IMG/VR virus record: IMGVR_UViG_3300042894_001948
Direction: 5' to 3' (one strand)
Length of the DNA stretch: 61,328 nucleotides
DNA from: a virus
Lineage: Duplodnaviria > Heunggongvirae > Uroviricota > Caudoviricetes
Numbering within the stretch: position 1 is the stretch's first letter; each line of letters begins with the position of its first letter. Both the position numbers and the translations under genes were made by a program. Under the pieces are notes generated by a model that searched no databases, was not told the origin of the DNA, and saw nothing but the letters and a program-made list of their open reading frames with translations. Shown here piece by piece: positions 40,406 to 47,122 of this stretch.

Positions 40406-41050
40406 TGGAATTTTTAATAATGATAGCAATAGCGTACTACATAGCAGGTGCACTTTTTGCAACGTTGTCATTTGATAACAGTGATGATGCTGGAAGTTTA
40501 GTGTCATGGACACACCGCATGGTCTTTTGGCCAGTAGTAATGTGGAGATGTTAAGTAATGGTATCAACAGATGTAATTGTGATAGGAATGCTAAGTATTT
40601 CATACTTAATATTAGGCGCTGGTTGTGCTACGATTTTATCAAATGCACCAGTTGTTAAGCATAGTCCGTTTCGCAACTACTTTATTGTGATAGGATTCTT
40701 TTGTTGGCCACTATCACTTCTTTTAATTATAGCATTTGGAATATATTATCCATTTGAAATACTATATAATTTACTAAAAGGAGAAAAATAATGCCACTAG
40801 TACCGATAGCGTTAGCAGTAGGAACTTTATTTGGAATTGCAATTACTAAAACAGTTGCAGCTTTCAAGGAGATACAAAGACTGGATGAGTTAAAGAAATG
40901 ATCAATAAAGGGTTAGCAGCAGGTATATTGTTTTATGTAACTTTATTAATGTATATACATGATAGTGAATACCTGTTGTCACCTATTGAATATTTAGTAT
41001 TATCATTTAGCTGTTTACTTATTGGTGAAATGTTATATCCAAAAGAATAA
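40405..41050 (+). CDS. Cluster of small membrane ORFs (40405-40554, 40558-40791 and following)
   Basis: Short hydrophobic ORFs with SD sites. Confidence 0.45.
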
Positions 41051-41116
41051 AAAACACTTGACAAACAATTTTATTAGTGTATAATATACACATACTAAAC
41101 AACAAAGGTACACAAC

Positions 41117-41422
41117 ATGGCAGTAACACAAGAAAACGTAATTCCTTTGCATGATCGTATTGTTGTAAGACAAGATCCTGCAGAAAGCGTAACACAGGGT
41201 GGTATTTTAATTGCACCTGTTTCAAAAGAGAAATCTGTAATTGGAACAGTACTAGCAATAGGAACAGGGAAACATATGGATAATGGTCAGTTCCGAGAAA
41301 TAAAAGTAGCAGTTGGCGACAGAGTGTTATATGGGAAACATGCTGGAGAGCCTATTAAATTGCATGATGACGAAGTTATCATTATGCGTGAAGATGAAGT
41401 ATTAGCTATCCTAAGAGATTAG
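41117..41422 (+). CDS. groES: Co-chaperonin GroES
   Basis: PLHDRIVV, TQGGILI, VGDRVLYGKHAG, IMREDEVLAI. Confidence 0.93.
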   Translation: MAVTQENVIPLHDRIVVRQDPAESVTQGGILIAPVSKEKSVIGTVLAIGTGKHMDNGQFREIKVAVGDRVLYGKHAGEPIKLHDDEVIIMREDEVLAILRD

Positions 41423-41432
41423 GAAAATAAAA

Positions 41433-41549
41433 ATAGGTTTCCTACAGCAACAATTTAATATCTCAGTGTGTCGCAGGTTCGATTCCTGCATGTTACTTGT
41501 AACATTAGCTCAGTTGGTAGAGTAATTGATCAAAATTGTGAAACCTGTT
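41433..41549 (+). ncRNA. Y-like RNA 1, permuted tRNA mimic
   Basis: ataggtttc/gaaacctgt stem, TACAGCAAC, T arm gcagg-ttcgatt-cctgc, looped acceptor atgttac/gtaacat, D arm gctc-agttggta-gagt. Confidence 0.8.
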
Positions 41550-41579
41550 AAAACTCCTTAAAAAAATTAAAAAAAAGTG

Positions 41580-41608
41580 TTGACAAGCAGTTAGTTACGT
41601 AGTACAAT
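41580..41608 (+). promoter_or_regulatory. sigma70 promoter driving the RNA array
   Basis: TTGACA-17 nt-TACAAT. Confidence 0.75.
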
Positions 41609-41613
41609 AGTTT

Positions 41614-41670
41614 TAGAATGTTAACAGCAACTTAAAATCATTTTTGAATATGACTAAAATACATTCTGTT
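41614..41670 (+). ncRNA. Y-like RNA 2 (small)
   Basis: agaatgt/acattct stem, TAACAGCAAC. Confidence 0.7.
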
Positions 41671-41681
41671 AAATAGTTTTT

Positions 41682-41760
41682 TAGGTTTCCTACAGCAGTA
41701 CTTTGCAGAAGTGCGGAAAAGATGTTCCGTACATATTTGTAACACTATGTGGAACCTGTT
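41682..41760 (+). ncRNA. Y-like RNA 3
   Basis: aggtttcc/ggaacct stem, TACAGCAGT, inner gtgcggaa/ttccgtac hairpin. Confidence 0.7.
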
Positions 41761-41770
41761 AAAAAGTTTA

Positions 41771-42007
41771 TTAAAAAGAACCCAACTACTGAAAAAACTT
41801 TTGCGAAAGCAGGCACAACGTGTTCTCCGGAAGGGGCACAGTGGGTAGTTATAGACTGCGAGTTGTAATGAGTGAGAGTTTCAGGCAATTACAGTGCTTT
41901 GATTCTAGTTACTATGGTAGTCATGTTGGCGGAACTAGTAAAGGGCGTCTGTAAAACGTTGACCGCATCAGCTCGATGAAACCAAAACTTTACGGGGTTC
42001 TTTTTAA
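41771..42007 (+). ncRNA. About 235-nt multi-stem RNA (Y-like RNA 4, divergent motif)
   Basis: 13-bp closing stem ttaaaaagaaccc/gggttctttttaa; GNRA hairpin; Tyr-like anticodon arm at 41945-41959. Confidence 0.6.
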
Positions 42008-42014
42008 TAAGTTT

Positions 42015-42142
42015 TAGAATGTTAACCGCATCATAATTTAATGGAAACTGGTGTCCTTAGGACGTGTAGGTGCAAGTCCTACAATGCAATATTGCATTTG
42101 GCGAAAGAGTAGACGCACTGGTAAATAAAATGCATTCTGATA
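42015..42142 (+). ncRNA. Y-like RNA 5, permuted tRNA-Leu mimic
   Basis: agaatgt/gcattct stem, TAACCGCATC, variable arm gtcc-ttag-gac, T arm gtagg-tgcaagt-cctac, looped acceptor aatgca/tgcatt, D arm gcg-aaagagtaga-cgc. Confidence 0.8.
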
Positions 42143-42151
42143 AACAAGTTT

Positions 42152-42214
42152 TAGGATAGTAACAGCAACAATTTACATCGGACTCTTAATCTGGCAAGTA
42201 AATTCTATCCTGTT
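42152..42214 (+). ncRNA. Y-like RNA 6 with Lys(CUU) anticodon loop
   Basis: aggatag/ctatcct stem, TAACAGCAAC, cgga-CTCTTAA-tctg. Confidence 0.75.
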
Positions 42215-42219
42215 AATTT

Positions 42220-42307
42220 TAGAATAGTAACAGCAAATTATTTAATGGTTCGATTCCATTATTGCTATCTTAGCGATAATGCTCAATGGTGAGCAAGCTA
42301 TTCTGTT
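42220..42307 (+). ncRNA. Y-like RNA 7, minimal permuted tRNA mimic
   Basis: agaatag/ctattct stem, TAACAGCAAA, T arm aatgg-ttcgatt-ccatt, acceptor attgcta/tagcgat, D arm tgctc-aatggt-gagca. Confidence 0.8.
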
Positions 42308-42311
42308 AAAG

Positions 42312-42426
42312 TTGTTATATTAAAATGTACTACAGCGTCTGATATCAACGTAAGTGTGGAGCACTGCTAGAGTCGCCCTTTAGTATACGGTTCGATTCCG
42401 TGATGTAGTACATTTTAATATAACAA
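42312..42426 (+). ncRNA. Degenerate tRNA-like element inside a 23-bp perfect inverted repeat
   Basis: ttgttatattaaaatgtactaca/tgtagtacattttaatataacaa; T arm tacgg-ttcgatt-ccgtg. Confidence 0.5.
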
Positions 42427-42438
42427 AAGGAGATTAAT

Positions 42439-42621
42439 ATGGCCGGTAAAGGTAGTAGAGCAAGACCATTAAGCGTTAGCAAATCTCAGTTTGATGATAA
42501 CTGGGATAAGATTTTTGGTAAGAAAGAAGAACCCAAAACAGAAATCATTTCAAACTCACACGGCAGTCATGCTAATAACGAAAATTTAGATAAAGGAACA
42601 CAAGATGGCGAACATCAGTAA
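42439..42621 (+). CDS. Small conserved T4-like phage protein
   Basis: GKGSRARPLSVSKSQFDDNWDKIFG; AGGAG SD. Confidence 0.7.
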   Translation: MAGKGSRARPLSVSKSQFDDNWDKIFGKKEEPKTEIISNSHGSHANNENLDKGTQDGEHQ

Positions 42622-42838
42622 AGCAAATAGAACTGCAGATCCAAAAGTAACACGTAATGGCAGACCTAGACTTAAATTGCTAAACTTAGCTCAAGCTAAG
42701 ACAGCACTTGAAAAAGCAGGTCGTGGACGTGATAAAAATAAAATTCGTAACAGAATTGTACTTTTAGAAAATCGTGCTAAAAAATTAGGTGTGTTAGATT
42801 TAGTCACAACTACAACTAATGATGCAGAACTTGTATAA
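42605..42838 (+). CDS. Basic hypothetical protein
   Basis: AAGGA SD; 77 aa. Confidence 0.6.
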   Translation: MANISKANRTADPKVTRNGRPRLKLLNLAQAKTALEKAGRGRDKNKIRNRIVLLENRAKKLGVLDLVTTTTNDAELV

Positions 42839-42850
42839 ATAAAGAACGTC

Positions 42851-42934
42851 GGAGGTCGAGCGGCATTGGCGACTGCAGTGGACTGTAAATCCATGCCCTC
42901 TGGGCACCTGGTTCGAATCCAGGGATCTCCACCA
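42851..42934 (+). tRNA. tRNA-Tyr(GUA)
   Basis: Cloverleaf, long variable arm, encoded CCA. Confidence 0.92.
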
Positions 42935-42940
42935 ATATAT

Positions 42941-43015
42941 GTCGCTATCGTCTAGTGGTTAGGACACAAGGTTTTCATCCTTGCAACCGGGGTTCAATTC
43001 CCCGTAGCGACGCCA
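42941..43015 (+). tRNA. tRNA-Glu(UUC)
   Basis: Cloverleaf, anticodon arm caagg-ttTTCat-ccttg, CCA. Confidence 0.93.
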
Positions 43016-43033
43016 AATATTATCCGAGGTAAG

Positions 43034-43558
43034 ATGATACATGATTTTGAAAGAGCGGTGTTGAACCATCTAATACACAAAAGTGTTATACCAATCGATG
43101 GTATTTTTCAAATAGAAGAATCTCATTTAACAGAATATATGTTAATGTATTCCAACTTATTTGGAAAATTAGGTAAAGGGTTAAAAACTAAAACAAATAC
43201 TAGATATGCTAGAAAGTTAGCCGGACTAACATTATTAAAATTAAATTTTGAAAGAAATGCTAAATTTACTCAATTAAAATCCGGTTTAGTATATATAATT
43301 GAAAATCCTCAATTCTTACATCATTATAAAATTGGGATGACAATAGAGCTTCAATCAAGATTAGATACATATCAGACGTATGATCCGTACCGACAATTTA
43401 AAATTGTTAAATACGAGTTTGTATTAGATCGCTCACTTACTGAGAAAAAATTGTTATCTCATCCAGATATAACAAAAGAATGCGGAGAATGGGTTAGTAA
43501 AGCTAACGCAATTGAAGTATTTGAGAAAATATGTTATTCCAAGGTAGCACAGCGGTAG
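43034..43558 (+). mobile_element. T5orf172/GIY-YIG-like putative endonuclease within the tRNA array
   Basis: LVYIIENP..HHYKIGMT...RLDTYQTYDPYR; 3' end overlaps tRNA-Asn. Confidence 0.65.
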
Positions 43559-43612
43559 TGCTTCGGATTGTTAATCCGCAGGTCGGGGGTTCGAATCCCT
43601 CCCTTGGAGCCA
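43538..43612 (+). tRNA. tRNA-Asn(GUU)
   Basis: Cloverleaf, GTT anticodon, G73, CCA. Confidence 0.92.
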
Positions 43613-43623
43613 AACAAGTTTAT

Positions 43624-43915
43624 TGGGATGTCGGCTTAGAAGCAGCCATCATTTAAAGAGTGACCCACAAACTTTGCTAAAGTGATACTTAAACTTACGG
43701 CAGTGTGAAAGCAACCTGTAAGCGTATGTAACTGCGTTAATATAGAGTCCGGCAATATGCCTTAATGGCTGTTACGAGTCTAAAGTGATTGCTATATTAA
43801 ACGGATGAGGGAGGTACACCCTAATGTTAAGGATGTTTTTCCTAATAGTTAAACTTAACATGTCCGAGAGTTAATTAGGATGTCGCAGACAGGTCTTTGG
43901 CGTAACAGCACACCA
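43624..43915 (+). ncRNA. 23S rRNA GTPase-associated-centre (H42-H44) mimic, split by a 238-nt insertion
   Basis: 43626-43661 joined to 43900-43913 gives GGATGTCGGCTTAGAAGCAGCCATCATTTAAAGAGT|GCGTAACAGCACAC, 45/50 identical to E. coli 23S 1055-1104 as recalled; no other rRNA sequence nearby. Confidence 0.85.
43662..43899 (+). mobile_element. Structured intervening sequence, possible atypical group I intron
   Basis: Follows a U and ends in G; P4/P5-like cttacgg-cag-tgt-gaaa-gca-acc-tgtaag; canonical P7 and J8/7 not found. Confidence 0.45.
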
Positions 43916-44025
43916 CTAAACAACAGAAAACTTTCTCCATCAACGAAAGTGTAGTAGTTGTCATTTTTAAATGATAGCTATTACTAAAGCACTAAATATC
44001 AAGTGTTTTAGTAATAGTTATATTT

Positions 44026-44110
44026 GCCAGGTTCGCATAGTGGCCATTGCAACGGATTTGTAATCCGTCGGGGAAACCCATCAGGAGTTCGAGTCTCCTA
44101 CCTGGCTCCA
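44026..44110 (+). tRNA. tRNA-Thr(UGU) with long variable arm
   Basis: GCCAGGT/ACCTGGC acceptor, acgga-ttTGTaa-tccgt, variable arm cgggg-aaac-cc, U73, CCA. Confidence 0.8.
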
Positions 44111-44119
44111 TATTAAATA

Positions 44120-44207
44120 GAAGAATTGGCTGAGCGGTCGAAAGCACTCCCCTGCTAAGGGAGCATACGGAAACGTATCATAAGTTCGAATCTTATATTC
44201 TTCGCCA
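44120..44207 (+). tRNA. tRNA-Ser(GCU)
   Basis: Cloverleaf, long variable arm, G73, CCA. Confidence 0.92.
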
Positions 44208-44293
44208 AACAACAAATAATTTAATTAGTAGTTGACAAATACATAAAACAATGTATAATACACGCATTAGTTAAACAAATTACAGATCATGTT

Positions 44294-44872
44294 ATGGAAC
44301 AATATAAGAATAGTGACGGCACATATACAAGTCCAAAAAACAACAGGACTTATAAAAGTTTAAAAGCATTTACTGCCCACTGGCATTATGCACATACTAC
44401 TAATCCAAACGCATTTGCTGAACGATTATATAATGTAGCATGTCAGTATTGCAATAAAGAATATGTGATTAGTAATCATAAACGACATGAAATTGCATGT
44501 TATTTAAATCCGATTAATATAAAAAAATGTTGTGTTTGTGATAAACCAATTAAGAATTACAAGTACAGTAAAGGTACGTGTTCTCATAGTTGTTCTAACA
44601 CACATTTTAAAGAACTAAGAAATAAACCAGAAAAATATACGCAATATGCAACTATTTGTTGGCACTATCATGTTAAAGAATGTATAGTATGTAAAGAATC
44701 AAATATTGTAGCAGTACATCATTATAATGAAAATCATAATGATAATACACTATCAAATTTAGTTCCATTATGTCCTACTCATCATCAATACATGCATAGT
44801 AGATTTAAAATCCAAATTCAACACATAGTTGATGAGTATGTATTAAATATGAAAATAAAGTTTAGAGAATAG
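44294..44872 (+). mobile_element. HNH endonuclease with Cys-rich Zn fingers within the tRNA array
   Basis: CIVCKE..VAVHHYNENHNDN..SNLVPLCPTHH; own promoter 44232-44259. Confidence 0.8.
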
Positions 44873-44882
44873 TGTGTTGTGT

Positions 44883-44955
44883 CAGGGTATAGCTGAGGTT
44901 GGTTTAGCACCGCGTTTGGGGCGCGGAGACGGGAGTTCGAATCTCTCTATCCTGA
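44883..44955 (+). tRNA. tRNA-Pro(UGG), no encoded CCA
   Basis: ccgcg-ttTGGgg-cgcgg; flanked by gtgttgtgt/acacaacac extension. Confidence 0.88.
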
Positions 44956-45007
44956 CACAACACATTACTAAATTTAACCCAACATAGTACGCGAATACTA
45001 TAGTTTT

Positions 45008-45059
45008 TGAATGCTAACAGCAATTATTACTTTCAATGGTGAATTTAATGCATTCAGTT
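45008..45059 (+). ncRNA. Y-like RNA 8 with Glu(UUC)-like loop
   Basis: tgaatgc/gcattca stem, TAACAGCAAT, atta-CTTTCAA-tggt. Confidence 0.7.
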
Positions 45060-45082
45060 ATATTATTTGCATACAACAGTTT

Positions 45083-45139
45083 TGGATGCTAACTGCAACT
45101 TTAAACTTTCTTTTTATGAAACTTAAAATGCATCCAGTT
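45083..45139 (+). ncRNA. Y-like RNA 9 with Lys(UUU)-like loop
   Basis: tggatgc/gcatcca stem, TAACTGCAAC, tttc-TTTTTAT-gaaa. Confidence 0.7.
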
Positions 45140-45149
45140 ATATTTTACT

Positions 45150-45224
<75 letters not shown>

Positions 45225-45249
45225 ATTATTAATTACATAGAGGTACAAT

Positions 45250-45639
45250 ATGAAACTAACGATTACTGATAACAGCACGTTAAAAAAAGTAAGAACCCGT
45301 ACTCATAGGAACGGAACACAACATAGTGCACCAATTAAAAGTTTTAAAGGTAAAATACACGGACTACGTGTAATTGTAACTGAAACACTTACTCAAAAAA
45401 AGTATTATTTTGTTATACCGTTTGCAGCATATGAACAAATGCGTAGTCATACCTCTCTTGAAATACTATTTGAATTAGATGGTACGCCATCTAAACAACG
45501 AGCTAGCAATAGTTATAATGCTATACCAAATTGGTGGAATTATCAAGTTCCATCAGAAATACATATGTATATCTATAACATAGATAATAAATCTCAAACA
45601 CCAGTTACATCACAAGCTAATAAATTATTTGAATTTTAG
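45250..45639 (+). CDS. Hypothetical protein
   Basis: GAGG SD; 129 aa. Confidence 0.6.
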   Translation: MKLTITDNSTLKKVRTRTHRNGTQHSAPIKSFKGKIHGLRVIVTETLTQKKYYFVIPFAAYEQMRSHTSLEILFELDGTPSKQRASNSYNAIPNWWNYQVPSEIHMYIYNIDNKSQTPVTSQANKLFEF

Positions 45640-45646
45640 GAATAAT

Positions 45647-45922
45647 ATGACACAGATTAGAGCAAAACACATTTTAGTAGAAACACAAGAACAAGCAGCT
45701 GACCTATATAACAAAATTGTTAATGAAGGTGCAGACTTTGGCGCAATTGCTGCAGTAAATAGTAAGTGTCCAAGTGGACAAAATGGTGGCGATTTAGGTA
45801 ACTTTGGTCGTGGACAAATGGTTGGACCATTTGAAGAAGCGGCATTTGGATTAGGCATTGGTAACTTTAGTCAACCAGTACAAACACAATTTGGCTGGCA
45901 CTTAATTCAACGTACTGGTTAA
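45647..45922 (+). CDS. Parvulin-type peptidyl-prolyl isomerase (PpiC-like)
   Basis: IRAKHILV, SKCPSGQNGGDLG, QMVGPFEEAAF, TQFGWHLI. Confidence 0.92.
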   Translation: MTQIRAKHILVETQEQAADLYNKIVNEGADFGAIAAVNSKCPSGQNGGDLGNFGRGQMVGPFEEAAFGLGIGNFSQPVQTQFGWHLIQRTG

Positions 45923-45923
45923 T

Positions 45924-46529
45924 ATGATTAAGGTAATCGACAATTTCTTACCTCAAATGTATGCTGATCAAATTGAGTATGAAACCAAACATGAACTAAT
46001 GTATAGATACAGAGAGTATACGTCACCAAAAGCTGAATATGTTGACTCTACAGTAGTAATTGATAAAAACACTTACGATTGTGGACAATTTGTATGTTTA
46101 TTGCTGCATTCAGATTATGATATAGACTATAAATTTAAAGATTATTTTGAACAACTTAAGGCAGTAGTGTTTACAGCTAGAGAACATATTGAAAAAGATA
46201 TTTGTTCAGTTGATCGAGTTAAAGTAAATTTATTATTACAACAATCGCAAACACCTGAATACCATTATACAGTTAGTCATGTTGATAAAATTTCTAATTG
46301 TTACTACAGTATGCTATATTATATAAATGATTCAGACGGTGATACCTTTATGTTTAATGAATTCCAAAACGTAGATCGAACTCTTCCAACAGAACTAACA
46401 CTATGCCAACGTATTAGTCCTAAAAAAAATAGAGCAGTAATTTTTGAGTCAAACAGATATCATGCTTCGTCTAATCCAAGAAAACATGCAACTAGATTTG
46501 TAATCAACTTTGTAATGAAAGTTGAATAA
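45924..46529 (+). CDS. 2OG-Fe(II) oxygenase-like protein
   Basis: VIDNFLP, HVD, YYINDSDGDT, KNRAVIFESNRYHAS. Confidence 0.8.
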   Translation: MIKVIDNFLPQMYADQIEYETKHELMYRYREYTSPKAEYVDSTVVIDKNTYDCGQFVCLLLHSDYDIDYKFKDYFEQLKAVVFTAREHIEKDICSVDRVKVNLLLQQSQTPEYHYTVSHVDKISNCYYSMLYYINDSDGDTFMFNEFQNVDRTLPTELTLCQRISPKKNRAVIFESNRYHASSNPRKHATRFVINFVMKVE

Positions 46530-46534
46530 AGAAT

Positions 46535-46635
46535 TGGTATAGATACTGCAACACAACTTTGGCTGGTCTGTGGTTTCACAGACAATCCTAGGACTCTTTA
46601 CCTAGTATAAAAAAAGTAAGAACTACTATACCGTT
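46535..46635 (+). ncRNA. Y-like RNA 10
   Basis: ggtatag/ctatacc stem, TACTGCAAC; hairpins gtctgtg/cacagac and ctagg/cctag. Confidence 0.7.
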
Positions 46636-46640
46636 AAAAA

Positions 46641-46784
46641 TAGGATAGGTTCAGCAAACAGAATTTGCTAGTTTAATAACTAGCTTTCTGATTAGCGTGT
46701 ACAGTGACCAGTCATTGTGCAAGCATCAGTCGAGGGGCAATGCTCGACTGTAAAATAAACAACTAAACGCCCAAACTATCCTGC
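46641..46784 (+). ncRNA. Y-like RNA 11
   Basis: aggatag/ctatcct stem, TTCAGCAAAC; three inner hairpins. Confidence 0.65.
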
Positions 46785-46816
46785 ATTCTTCCACTAACAA
46801 CTTATAGAGGTATATT

Positions 46817-46993
46817 ATGTCTAATGAAGACGACGATGTATTTTTTACACTTGAACCAGATACACTTGCAGAAATTTTTGCAACTACTCATCATAAATTA
46901 GTAGATGGAGAGATTACACTTAATGAAGCCAATCGCATAGGAAGTAACATGCCAGAAGGTTGGGAATTTGAGTTTGAAGACGAAGAAGAATAA
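46817..46993 (+). CDS. 58-aa acidic hypothetical (not in ORF track)
   Basis: GAGG SD; MSNEDDDVFF... Confidence 0.5.
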   Translation: MSNEDDDVFFTLEPDTLAEIFATTHHKLVDGEITLNEANRIGSNMPEGWEFEFEDEEE

Positions 46994-47031
46994 ACCGCTT
47001 AACACGCGGTTTTTTATTCTCTAAAAAATAG

Positions 47032-47122
47032 TTGACAAACAATTTTAATAGTGTATAATACACAGCATAAACAATAAGTTTATTAACAGCACATAATTTA
47101 ATATAAACTGAGGAGAACACAC
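47032..47122 (+). promoter_or_regulatory. Promoter plus Y-motif stem abutting the SD of the DUF2828 gene
   Basis: TTGACA/TATAAT; agtttat-TAACAGCAC...ataaact-g-AGGAG. Confidence 0.7.

Noticed and set aside
41433-42307. Ordinary or split functional tRNA genes
   Set aside because: The arm order is permuted, the acceptor ends are joined by a loop, and there is no anticodon or CCA.
43662-43899. Canonical group I intron call
   Set aside because: No convincing P1 guide or standard P7 and J8/7 found by eye, so it is kept only as a possible atypical intron.
43624-43915. Host rRNA operon fragment or contamination
   Set aside because: Only the 50-nt domain matches, it has its own compensatory closing stem, and it is flanked by phage-style tRNAs. 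Read-level confirmation is still advisable.
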